DNA of 64,000 nt from Anaerolineae bacterium. GTDB taxonomy: Bacteria > Chloroflexota > Anaerolineae > Anaerolineales > E44-bin32. The translations under genes and the position numbers were made by a program. The notes under the pieces were generated by a model, which made no database searches, was not told the DNA's origin, and saw only the letters and a list, made by a program, of their open reading frames with translations. Positions 50,230 through 59,603 of the stretch are shown here, in pieces; position 1 is the first letter of the stretch; every line of letters starts with the position of its first letter. The stretch is from contig JAUWHR010000014.1 in assembly GCA_030605795.1 (NCBI GenBank), forward strand, positions 2,728-66,727. Reading direction: 5' to 3'.

Positions 50230-51669
50230 TTATGGTTCCGATAAGCATAATCCACATAATTTATCCCACCCCTGCAATATACCTTCACTGATCACCTCGA
50301 CATCCTCTTGTTTAGCCTCAACCAGAGGCTGCCTCTGTCCACCTATGAGTTCGATTGGGTCTCCATGCACGACGGAGACCAGGCACCGACCAAGAAGGCA
50401 ATCCACAGCATAGGTACCATCCTCCGCGATGAATCCCATCACCCCGGCACCGAAACCGATGAGCGAAATAGTCTTTCCCTCCACGGTGACCTGGATCTCG
50501 CGATCCCCCTCACCGCGCACGACAAGTAGTCTCCCAGATATCAAATCTAAAACGGTACACATCGTCAGCGATAGCTGGTCCCCACTCGACGTTTCAGGAT
50601 GTGGATCAAGGATCGTAAGCAGAGTTCGGCTCCCACCAGTCAGGTAGAAGGATGTGGCTGAGAGATCGAATGAGCCCTCATAGGTTGTCTGCAAGGCCAA
50701 ACGGGACTCATTTAATGCGGTTAAAGTCGCTCCAGCTGGAATTGTCCCCAGGTTACTTACCATGCCGATAGATTCCCCCTCCACGGCTTTGTCCACCCTC
50801 ACCGAACCATGTATCAGAACCGCATAGCCATAGTCTACCGGTGGGGGAGGAATCCGACTTTCCCGGAGCCAATTGATCCCCACCACGCTTAAGGCGAGGA
50901 CCAACAGAACTCCAACAATGGCGGCTGAGATTGTAACTGGTCCTCGACCCCCTCGCGCCCGACCTCCTGGCAACTGCACAACCACTACAGATACATTGTC
51001 GTCTACGTCCCGCCCCATGGCGATGCTGAGCAAGTGACGGGCTGCCTCTAATGGCGTGTTTCCTTCGACATAGTCTGCGATGTCCTCCGGATGAACGAAA
51101 GGTTTCCCATCCTCCGGGCTGACCCGGGTCAGGCCATCTGAAGCGAGCACGACACTATCGCCAGGATTGAGGGCCATTCCCTGTGGATCCCCAGTTTGAA
51201 TAACCGGTGGATCTAAGGAGCCCAGCAGTTGATCCCCCACACCAGTTAATGGGATGGCTCGTCCCTCTCGCACCAAGACAGCCATGGTGTGGCCCACCTG
51301 TGCGTAGAAAAGTCGATCTCTCCATATAGCGATGGCAGTTAGGGCGACCTCCCCCAACCCTTCTCCGCTTATGCTGGCATCCATCAAGAACCGACCGCTA
51401 TCTTCCAATTGACCACGCAGCACAGAATTCAGATCACGATCGCGCGAGCGGGTTACTCCTTCAAACAGCTGCGCTACCACCATCTCGGCTGACTCACCTG
51501 CTTGGGGGTGTCCTTCGCCATCGGCCACAACCGCCAAGATAAGGTCCTGGCCAACACCCGTGCGTACAGTCTCAACCCTTACTCTGTCCTGTTGTGGGAG
51601 TTCAGGTGAAACCGCCCCTGGGCTTCGTTCGCTTGCATATGATCCCCGTTGGCGGCGAATGGACATCAT
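50230..51669 (-). CDS. Degenerate PP2C phosphatase - TM - FecR-like extracytoplasmic domain
   Basis: VVADG, LASDGL, DDNVS retained; VGDSR changed to VGHTM; TM AAIVGVLLVLALSVVGI; VDCLLGRC. Confidence 0.75.
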   Translation of the reverse strand: MMSIRRQRGSYASERSPGAVSPELPQQDRVRVETVRTGVGQDLILAVVADGEGHPQAGESAEMVVAQLFEGVTRSRDRDLNSVLRGQLEDSGRFLMDASISGEGLGEVALTAIAIWRDRLFYAQVGHTMAVLVREGRAIPLTGVGDQLLGSLDPPVIQTGDPQGMALNPGDSVVLASDGLTRVSPEDGKPFVHPEDIADYVEGNTPLEAARHLLSIAMGRDVDDNVSVVVVQLPGGRARGGRGPVTISAAIVGVLLVLALSVVGINWLRESRIPPPPVDYGYAVLIHGSVRVDKAVEGESIGMVSNLGTIPAGATLTALNESRLALQTTYEGSFDLSATSFYLTGGSRTLLTILDPHPETSSGDQLSLTMCTVLDLISGRLLVVRGEGDREIQVTVEGKTISLIGFGAGVMGFIAEDGTYAVDCLLGRCLVSVVHGDPIELIGGQRQPLVEAKQEDVEVISEGILQGWDKLCGLCLSEP

Positions 51670-51776
51670 TTCTCTATCCTCAACCCTCTTCTAAGTTGTG
51701 TATCCCAACAAAGTTCGAGACAAATGCATAATGACTCGTCTGACTCGATCATCCATTTATTACCCAAGCAAGGCGG

Positions 51777-53624
51777 TCACTCCTCTGTGGGGGCTACCGT
51801 AATCTCGGTTGGCGGCGGTGGCTCGGTTGACGGCGGCGGTTCGGTTGACGGCGGTTCGGTTGGCGGTTTTGTCGGTATTGGCGTATCCGTCGGCACTGGA
51901 GCCTGAGTCGCAGTCGGGATTGGAGGTGGCTGAGGTATCTCCGTATCGCGTGGTGGGGGGGAAGTGCGGGTAGCAGATGGGGGGACGAAGAGCGGGCCGA
52001 GCTGCGTTCGGGTCGGGGTTGCCGGCATGCTGGCAGAAGTTGAGGTGGCCAACGCAACCGTCGGTGTCAGCACCAACCCCCCTCCATACCCCCCAAAGGC
52101 ATACAGCTGGTTACGCGTCGCATCCGGCGGGCTAAACTCTCCTGCTGTATTCACCCAGATATGTTGCCCACCCTCCAATACATGACCAAGCCCACCCGAA
52201 ATTTCATCAACCACCTCACACAAACCACTGAAACAATCCAGGTCAAAGCGCTGCTCGCCAGAATTGAAGGTCAACCCCATAACGGCTGACTTCGATCTCG
52301 CCAACGTCCCTGCTGGAGATCTGACGATCAATGTTGACATCCCACCCACATCACACGCGACCAGGATTACTCCTTCTTCAATTACGAGGATCGTCTGTTG
52401 AGTGTCGATCCCATCGGCGATAGCCATCAATTCCACTTGCGTGTCAGGTCCAATGTATACGATGTTCCCATCCGCTAAACCCAACCGAGCATACGAATCC
52501 GATCCATAAACGACGACATAGACTCCCTCACCGGAGGCGATTAAATCCTCCGCATGCAGAGGACGCCTGCCTCCTCCAGGGCTCACCACCTCAGCTCTCC
52601 CTTCGAGTTCCGACACAAAAGAAACACCCGAGGGCAGAGAAGGGATGGTCGGTCCTGCAGATGGACCAGCAGTCGGATTTATAAGCCTCGGCAGGAGCCA
52701 AACACCAGCGACGACCAGGAGAAGCACGCTTGCAGCCACACCGAAGGCTGGCAGGAGTGTTCGAGGTATACGCAACCCACCGGGAACCGCCAGGACGACC
52801 ACCGAAACGTTATCATCCACTTTTCGATCGAGAGCTCGTTTCACAAGTAAATCAGCAGCCTGCTTCGGCGACCGACCTACGGTCAGGTTGGCAAACTCGC
52901 GTTCCTCAACGTAGTGCTCCAATGGATGGTCGTGGCGAGCCTTCGTCAGACCATCCGAGCAAATCACAACCCGATCCCCCGGCTTAAGTGGAAGTCCTTG
53001 AGCCGCTCGCGCTTCCGCCTCATCCTCCTTCCCACCCTGCAACCACATTCCGAGGTCCACATTCAAGATGGCATCGTATCCAATTGAGCGGACAATTTCA
53101 TCTTTTCGAGGATGGCGGGCAACTTCCTCGGCGGTTAGCTTTCCTGATCGTAGGATTTCGTTTTCCCATGTGTGATCCATTGTCAATCGCAGCACCTGCT
53201 TGCCGCGTATGAGATAGATACGGCTGTCGCCAACATTGGCGACATACAAGTGGTTATCAACAATGGCGGCGACAGCTGCAGTTGAGCCCATGTTCATCTT
53301 CCGTCGGCTGCGTCTGGCATCGGTGAATACTTGCTGGTTGGCAACCTTCATCGCCCCCTCGAGTATCAAGGGGAGGTTCCTCCCAACCGAGTGAGTACAA
53401 TGCTCAATGACGGCGTTGACAGTTATCTCTGCAGCCCGTTCCCCTGCGTTTTCACCTCCGATGCCGTCAGCTACAACACCCAGCGTCATCACCAAGCCAC
53501 CTGCAGTGGTTATTGACTCAGCCCGACATCGATCTTCAAGCAGGGTCCGTCTGGTAGATGCACCGATATGGGAGACAGCTGCCACACGAACCTCACCCAC
53601 CGTTTGTGTTGAGGAAGCCGCCAT
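51777..53624 (-). CDS. PP2C (Stp1-type) phosphatase - TM - FecR-like domain - Pro/Thr-rich tail
   Basis: ED, VVADGIGG, MGST, NVGDSR, DHT, RSIG, CSDGL, DDNVS; TM; G.SYARL.LADG...YIGPDT FecR-like pattern; LDCFSGLC. Confidence 0.85.
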   Translation of the reverse strand: MAASSTQTVGEVRVAAVSHIGASTRRTLLEDRCRAESITTAGGLVMTLGVVADGIGGENAGERAAEITVNAVIEHCTHSVGRNLPLILEGAMKVANQQVFTDARRSRRKMNMGSTAAVAAIVDNHLYVANVGDSRIYLIRGKQVLRLTMDHTWENEILRSGKLTAEEVARHPRKDEIVRSIGYDAILNVDLGMWLQGGKEDEAEARAAQGLPLKPGDRVVICSDGLTKARHDHPLEHYVEEREFANLTVGRSPKQAADLLVKRALDRKVDDNVSVVVLAVPGGLRIPRTLLPAFGVAASVLLLVVAGVWLLPRLINPTAGPSAGPTIPSLPSGVSFVSELEGRAEVVSPGGGRRPLHAEDLIASGEGVYVVVYGSDSYARLGLADGNIVYIGPDTQVELMAIADGIDTQQTILVIEEGVILVACDVGGMSTLIVRSPAGTLARSKSAVMGLTFNSGEQRFDLDCFSGLCEVVDEISGGLGHVLEGGQHIWVNTAGEFSPPDATRNQLYAFGGYGGGLVLTPTVALATSTSASMPATPTRTQLGPLFVPPSATRTSPPPRDTEIPQPPPIPTATQAPVPTDTPIPTKPPTEPPSTEPPPSTEPPPPTEITVAPTEE

Positions 53625-53671
53625 TAGTTGAGTTCCTGATACCCAGACCTAATTTGTCCGTCGATTCAAGA

Positions 53672-54643
53672 TTAACGTTGCCAGGGAAACCGTCGCTTCG
53701 ACTTAGCTACTCTCAACACTCGACGATTTCCGCCATAATACTTGATGATACGGTTGAATTGCTCCATCGTCACCCTCAATTGAGGGTCCTTAGAGAGACA
53801 TCCCTCAATGATATATTCATCCAGCTCTTTGGGAACATCGCTGCGCTCACTAGCAATAGGCGCCGGCATCGCGCGCAGAATGGCGGAGGTTATACTCCGA
53901 TCGGTGACGCCCATGAAAGGTTCTCTACCGACCAGCAAACGATAGAGTAAAATCCCCATACTCCATACATCAGCTTTTGCCGGGTCATACCTCTGCACAA
54001 CTTCAGGTGCGCTAGGATCACGTGTTTCCTGTAGCCTCTCCGGCGCCATGTAGACCACCGAGCCATCCAGTTGTTGTTTGATAAGCTTGGCGGCGACGCC
54101 GAAGTCAATGAGCACCGGATCATACTGTTGGCCAACTTTAAGCGAACTGCGGAAGAGGATATTATCAGGCTTGACATCGTTATGGGCAAAGCCCCGACGA
54201 TGGATATGGGCAAGCGTGACCCCCACCTGGTGACAAATGGCAGCGGCCTCATCCAACCGCAAAGGACCCAGCGCGCGTATATAACTCTCTAGCGATCCAC
54301 CTCGTAGACATTCCATCCCGAAAAACCACGGACCGCCTTCGATCTCGACAGCCCGTTCCTTATACGGGTTCTTGCCACTTGATACAGGCACTAGACGGAC
54401 CACGCCCGGGTGGTCTAATTTCTGGAGAATCTCAACTTCCTTCTGAATCGCAGCGAAAAAGAATTGCTGGTTGGGACCGCCAACCCGGCTAATTTTTAAT
54501 GCGACATCAGATCCGCCTCCCCCTTTGGGCGCTGCCCTTACGACACGCGCCATACCGCCCCGCCCTTCCGGATAAACCTCACTTACCTTATAGGCGCCAA
54601 TGGGATACCCGGGTTTCACGTTAGGCAATCGATAAAGTGCCAA
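53672..54643 (-). CDS. Soluble Hanks-type Ser/Thr protein kinase (non-RD)
   Basis: GRGGMARV, VALK, HNDVKPDN, DFG, YMAPE, DVWSMG; TTG start with GGAGAGG RBS; no TM. Confidence 0.92.
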   Translation of the reverse strand: MALYRLPNVKPGYPIGAYKVSEVYPEGRGGMARVVRAAPKGGGGSDVALKISRVGGPNQQFFFAAIQKEVEILQKLDHPGVVRLVPVSSGKNPYKERAVEIEGGPWFFGMECLRGGSLESYIRALGPLRLDEAAAICHQVGVTLAHIHRRGFAHNDVKPDNILFRSSLKVGQQYDPVLIDFGVAAKLIKQQLDGSVVYMAPERLQETRDPSAPEVVQRYDPAKADVWSMGILLYRLLVGREPFMGVTDRSITSAILRAMPAPIASERSDVPKELDEYIIEGCLSKDPQLRVTMEQFNRIIKYYGGNRRVLRVAKSKRRFPWQR

Positions 54644-54679
54644 GAATCCTCTCCCAATGCGACATCGCTCAATTACAAA

Positions 54680-56626
54680 CTAAGAGCTTTGCTCTATTAT
54701 GCGCCGTGGCTTTGTGCGGCGAATATCGTCATCCATACCTGGTGGCTGACCATCCGGTCTGGCCAATTGGAACAAGAAGCGAAGGCCACCCCGTTCAAGT
54801 GGTGCGACATCGATGACATCGCCATCTTGAAGCATCAGAGGCTCTAAAGGGGGCAACTTCTCGTCATTGACTAGGGTCCCATTGGTACTATCTTCATCGC
54901 GAATGGTGAAGTGATCATCTTCATCGAGGATGGTGCAATGAAGCCGGCTGATGGGGCTGTCTTCGTCATTAATATGGAAAAGTAGATCAGCATGACGACG
55001 CGAACGACCAATAGCCGTCGTGCCATAAATTTCGTAGGGCTTGGACGGAAGCTTGTCAAATCCTTCAAGTGGAACCAGGTAGGCTCTAGCGATAAGTGCT
55101 GTCCTTCTACCGGTCACCCTCTCGACAAAATCAATAATGTTTTCTCCTGCCTGTTGGATGGCAGGTACCAGTCGCGAGCGGTTGAAGAAGAGAAATACGG
55201 CCAGTGCAACCGCGACCAGCGCTACACCCAAAGCGACATAGACTAGCATCGATTCTGTGGGTTTAAAGCCGGTAGCAGGGGGAGGGATATATTCAATCGC
55301 AATCGTGACCGATGATGAGATGCCCGGCATACCGAGTTCATCCTCAACCCGCACTTTCAACTCCGCCGGCACCTGTCCTTCGATCTGATAAGAACGAATG
55401 TCCCAAGCGAACTCCACCCGTCCATCCACCACCTGAGATTGGGCGACAGTGATGTCGTCCACCAGCAACCGAGCTTGTCCTAAACTCCTGGGGTATTCAT
55501 CCCCCCAGCTCACCTCCGCTTCAACTATGATGAACGTCGGGACAGCTTCAGTCGGTGTCCCGGGTTCTTCCTGTCCTTGGCGGGTGATCAGAGTTCCCAC
55601 GCTAGGGGAAATAATTTCAACCTGTGGGTTTTCCAGTTCGACGCTGTATTGGCTGAATGCCTGATAAATTTGGCCGGCTTGATTCAATTCTAGAGCCACC
55701 TCACGCATGCTCGGGGAAGAAGAAGTAGAGCGAAAGGACACAAGATACTCGCCTCTTGGTGCTGTTAAGGACTCGAACAGCTGCTCCAAACCCTCTACCT
55801 CGTAAAGGGCGATGAACTTCCCTCCGGTTACCTCAGCCAATGGGCGCAAGGCTTCGTCCCAATAATGCGTTTCTTTTGGTCGGGTAAGGATGACGTGAAT
55901 CGGAATACCAACATTGATTGCCCGCTCTGCCACGTCTGCGAGATCGGCCCTTACGCCCGGTGTGAAGATAACCAGGGCTTGTGGTTTTAATTCCCCTCCT
56001 GCTGAATATAGCAATTCATCCAGCCCATGCTCCAAGGCAGCTCTGGTGAAGTCGCCATACTTTGGGGATCTCGAAAAGCCGTAGTCAGGAGGCGGTATGT
56101 ACCCGGTAAGGATCTCTCCTATCTCCTGCGGGTCATCCCCCATCGGCGCGAGGATGATAGTCGAAGTGCCTTCTTGAACCAGGATTGTGACCTCGTCGAC
56201 GCCGGCGACCATCCATGGTCGGCCTAAGATGAAGGTCTGAATATGTTCCCGAGCGGCATCATAGACTGATGCCAAGCTGACGCCGGTATGTAACACACCA
56301 TCGCCGGGATCAATAACGAATGCCAGTCGAACACCCGCCTCAACCGATTCAACCGAAATAACTGAAAGTTCAACGCCATCTTCAAGAACAATAAAGCTAA
56401 CATCTGACAATATATCTACCGAAGCACCCGACCTCTCCCGGGCAGCCACCTGCAATCGAACCAATGGAAATTCCTCTGTATTCACGTCTGTGATAGTAAA
56501 TACCTCAACCTCCCCCTGCGACATGACGACTATAGGAAGAAAGATCAATGTTCCAGCCAAAATAAAGATCAGTCCGATCCGCCAAATTTTCCTATTACCT
56601 TTTATAAAGGCTGGAGCTATATACAT
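54680..56626 (-). CDS. Membrane protein: signal/TM - VWA-like - Ig-like - TM - FHA
   Basis: N-terminal hydrophobic helix; F.VLEDG, LAFVID, LAEVTGG, YLVSFRS VWA-like pattern; PQVEIISP Ig-like; second TM; IGR..S.ISRLH..D..STNGT.VN FHA. Confidence 0.8.
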   Translation of the reverse strand: MYIAPAFIKGNRKIWRIGLIFILAGTLIFLPIVVMSQGEVEVFTITDVNTEEFPLVRLQVAARERSGASVDILSDVSFIVLEDGVELSVISVESVEAGVRLAFVIDPGDGVLHTGVSLASVYDAAREHIQTFILGRPWMVAGVDEVTILVQEGTSTIILAPMGDDPQEIGEILTGYIPPPDYGFSRSPKYGDFTRAALEHGLDELLYSAGGELKPQALVIFTPGVRADLADVAERAINVGIPIHVILTRPKETHYWDEALRPLAEVTGGKFIALYEVEGLEQLFESLTAPRGEYLVSFRSTSSSPSMREVALELNQAGQIYQAFSQYSVELENPQVEIISPSVGTLITRQGQEEPGTPTEAVPTFIIVEAEVSWGDEYPRSLGQARLLVDDITVAQSQVVDGRVEFAWDIRSYQIEGQVPAELKVRVEDELGMPGISSSVTIAIEYIPPPATGFKPTESMLVYVALGVALVAVALAVFLFFNRSRLVPAIQQAGENIIDFVERVTGRRTALIARAYLVPLEGFDKLPSKPYEIYGTTAIGRSRRHADLLFHINDEDSPISRLHCTILDEDDHFTIRDEDSTNGTLVNDEKLPPLEPLMLQDGDVIDVAPLERGGLRFLFQLARPDGQPPGMDDDIRRTKPRRIIEQSS

Positions 56627-56838
56627 TCACAACCTCCCCAAATGTTCTGCATGAATAAGTCGCCGAGTCTCGCAATTCTCATTATCACGACCTTCGGGCA
56701 GGAACAAAATAGGCTACGCGCCGGGTTTTGTGAACATGCATTTGTGAATTCATCTGCCCCTTGCTACTGCTAGAACAGGTATGGTTCCATCTTATATTAA
56801 ACCTCACTTCAGTTGCAAGCATTGCGACATGACCGACG

Positions 56839-57882
56839 TCAATCACTACTCAAAGCTTGACGAAAAGACTCAACTGTATATTCAACCGCTTGGTCGTCGA
56901 TCCAGTAATGCACGACAAGCCGCATGCGATTAGTCCCGATTGAACTGACCTTAATCCCTTTATGCGCCAGCGCATCCACAAGCATGGGAGCATTGAGGGG
57001 AGCCTGTGGCGTAAGTTGGATATAGACCATATTGGTCGGTGGTATCGCGGTCTCCAGAGACAGTGCCCGGATCTCTCGCAAGCCATCCGCTAGCAACCTG
57101 GCGCGGGCGTGATCATCAGCTAAGCGATCGACCATACTCTCCAGCGCTACAATCCCCGCCGCAGCCAAGACGCCCGCTTGACGCATACCGCCACCCAATT
57201 GCTTGCGCATGCGGCGCGCACGCTGGATAAATTCCTCGTCACCGCATAACATCGATCCCACTGGGGCGCAGAGTGCTTTGGAAAAGCAGATCATCACCGA
57301 ATCCGCCGGAGCGACCAGCTCAGCAGTTGACACCCCAAGCGCTACAGCAGCGTTAAAAATGCGTGCCCCGTCGATGTGCAGTCTCAGCGAATTGCGCTGC
57401 GCCAGCTCGCCAACCTGCCGGGTGTATGCAACGGTTAGTGGAATACCGCCACAGCGGTTATGGGTGTTTTCCAGGCATATCAAACGGCTGATGGGAAAAT
57501 GAGGATTGTCCGGGCGGATTGCAGCGGCTATATCCTCTAGCGCGAGCGTGCCATCGGTTTGGTTCGGAACGGTATGGGGATGAACACCACCCAACGCCGC
57601 CATACCGCCGGCTTCGTAGAGAAAGGTATGCGAGAGATCTCCGAGGATCACTTCGTCCCCTCGCCCACAATGCGCCAGCACAGCCGCCAGGTTGCCCATC
57701 GTTCCAGAAGGAACGAACAAACCGGCTTGCTTGCCGAGATGCTCGGCGACTAAAGCTTCAAGACGGTTGACGGTTGGGTCCTCACCATAGACATCATCAC
57801 CAAGTTCAGCGTTGGCCATCGCCTGGCGCATCTCCGGTGTAGGCAGGGTGATAGTGTCGGAGCGTAGATCAATCCAATCCAT
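56839..57882 (-). CDS. ltaE: Low-specificity L-threonine aldolase
   Basis: IDLRSDT, GDDVYGEDPT, LENTHN, DGAR, FSKAL, GGGMRQAG. Confidence 0.95.
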   Translation of the reverse strand: MDWIDLRSDTITLPTPEMRQAMANAELGDDVYGEDPTVNRLEALVAEHLGKQAGLFVPSGTMGNLAAVLAHCGRGDEVILGDLSHTFLYEAGGMAALGGVHPHTVPNQTDGTLALEDIAAAIRPDNPHFPISRLICLENTHNRCGGIPLTVAYTRQVGELAQRNSLRLHIDGARIFNAAVALGVSTAELVAPADSVMICFSKALCAPVGSMLCGDEEFIQRARRMRKQLGGGMRQAGVLAAAGIVALESMVDRLADDHARARLLADGLREIRALSLETAIPPTNMVYIQLTPQAPLNAPMLVDALAHKGIKVSSIGTNRMRLVVHYWIDDQAVEYTVESFRQALSSD

Positions 57883-57894
57883 CGAAACCCTCGC

Positions 57895-58815
57895 TTAACG
57901 TCTGCGTAAATCGTCCAAGACCGCTTCCAGCTCAGATGGTAATGAAGTTTCAAAGCTGCTAGAGGTCGCTTCTCCGGGCAGCCTGACAGTAAGACTAGCA
58001 GCGTGAAGGAACTGCCGCTCAATCGGCAACGTCGGACGCCTCCGCCCATACTCCCGATCCCCCACCACCGGGCAATTAATAAAAGCCAGATGGACGCGAA
58101 TCTGATGGGTACGCCCGGTCTTGGGATGCACCTCAAGCAAGCTGTGTTCACTGAACGACTCTATTGTATGGTAGATCGTAATTGCCTCACGCCCCTTTTC
58201 TACATTTACAACTGCCATCCGCTTGCGATGTCGTGGGTCGCGCCCAATGGGAGCTTCAATGCGCCCGGAAGGGGTTGGCGGCCGTCCATCCACTAACGCC
58301 AAATAAACCTTCTCCACTGAGCGGTCCTTAAATTGCCGCTGGAGCTGCTGATGAGCGGCGTCGTTCTTGGCCAGCAAGATCAAACCGGAGGTGTCTTTAT
58401 CCAGGCGATGGACGACGCCAGGTCGGACCTCTCCCCCAACGCCCTCCATGTCCGGTGAATGCCCCAGCGCGGCGTGGACCAAGGTGCCAGTATAATGTCC
58501 AACCGAGGGGTGAACGACCATCCCCGCTGGTTTGTTTACTAGCAAGAGATCATCGTTCTCAAAAATGATGTCTAGTGGAATTTGCTCCGCTTGCAGCTTA
58601 GGCAGTGTTGGAGCAGGGATTATGACCTCCACCACCTCCCCACCATCGAGACGCAACCCGGGTTTAGTGATAACTACACCATCGATTTTCACCAAACCCG
58701 AGCGGATAAGTTGCTGCAGGCGGGTGCGGGATAGATCGGGGACATGCACCACCAGGGCTAGATCAAGCCTACCCCCTGGTAGCGGAACCTCAAATCGAAC
58801 CTGTCGTTCGCTCAC
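57895..58815 (-). CDS. rluD: RluA/RluD-family pseudouridine synthase
   Basis: S4 domain, NKPAGMVVHP, HRLDKDTSG, GRTHQIRVH, LHA. Confidence 0.9.
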   Translation of the reverse strand: MSERQVRFEVPLPGGRLDLALVVHVPDLSRTRLQQLIRSGLVKIDGVVITKPGLRLDGGEVVEVIIPAPTLPKLQAEQIPLDIIFENDDLLLVNKPAGMVVHPSVGHYTGTLVHAALGHSPDMEGVGGEVRPGVVHRLDKDTSGLILLAKNDAAHQQLQRQFKDRSVEKVYLALVDGRPPTPSGRIEAPIGRDPRHRKRMAVVNVEKGREAITIYHTIESFSEHSLLEVHPKTGRTHQIRVHLAFINCPVVGDREYGRRRPTLPIERQFLHAASLTVRLPGEATSSSFETSLPSELEAVLDDLRRR

Positions 58816-59363
58816 TCAACCAGGCGCTCTCCTTCCGATGCGCCTTCTCCTGCATCACTCTGCATGGATGTGTGCTCTTTAACTTCCTCAAACCGACCAC
58901 GCCTTTCCTCGACCCACATCGCGGCTATGAGGATAGCGACGCCAATCGAGATGCATGCATCAGCCACATTGAAGACCGGAAAAGATCCCACAGAGATGAA
59001 ATCGGTTACTGTGCCATGGATTAGTCGATCAATCAAATTCCCCACCGCCCCGCCTAATTGCATCGCTAATGCGGATCGCAACGCCACTTGCGCAGCGGGC
59101 ACCCGTGGAAAGTAGTACAGGATTGCCAGGGAGACCAAGATCGCAATAACCGTTATAACCAGACCTCCTGATTTGAACAATCCGAAAGCCGCTCCGGTGT
59201 TGGTCCAATGAATAATTCTCGCGTAGGGCATCAGCCAATTAAAAGGCGACCAAGAGGCCCCCTGCTCTAGATTAAACCGCACCAGATATTTGGTCCACTG
59301 ATCCAGTGCGATCACTATTCCTGCGATGCCAAGCAAGGTGAAGTAATCACGTACTTTAGACAA
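58812..59363 (-). CDS. lspA: Lipoprotein signal peptidase
   Basis: DQWTK, NTGAAFG, GGAVGNLIDR, VTDFI, FNVAD; TTG start with GGAGG RBS. Confidence 0.95.
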   Translation of the reverse strand: MSKVRDYFTLLGIAGIVIALDQWTKYLVRFNLEQGASWSPFNWLMPYARIIHWTNTGAAFGLFKSGGLVITVIAILVSLAILYYFPRVPAAQVALRSALAMQLGGAVGNLIDRLIHGTVTDFISVGSFPVFNVADACISIGVAILIAAMWVEERRGRFEEVKEHTSMQSDAGEGASEGERLVE

Positions 59364-59458
59364 AATTGCCTCCATGAGACCAATATTCATCAGCGAGGTA
59401 GGATTGTACCTTATCATTTCATTCTTGCGAAACGTAATCCGTTGGACTGATCCACAAA

Positions 59459-59580
59459 TGAGTGCACTGAAAAACTACCCTCGAGGAGTGGGGAGGGGTA
59501 TATGTGGGGGTGCGGGCGCAGCCCGCACCCCCACATATACCGGTTCCCGTCTCGCGGTTGACCTTTTTTCAGTGGAGTCA
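59459..59580. mobile_element. ~122-bp MITE, copy 2
   Basis: TIRs tgagtgcactgaaaaa / ttttttcagtggagtca, flanked by CAAA on both sides (59455-59458, 59581-59584); perfect 21-bp internal stem. Confidence 0.85.
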
Positions 59581-59603
59581 CAAATGAATTTATCGTAATC
59601 GCG

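Noticed and set aside
51790-51900. Short tandem repeats ggcggcggttcggttga
   Set aside because: Encode the Pro/Thr/Glu-rich protein tail (PPSTEPP) of the phosphatase
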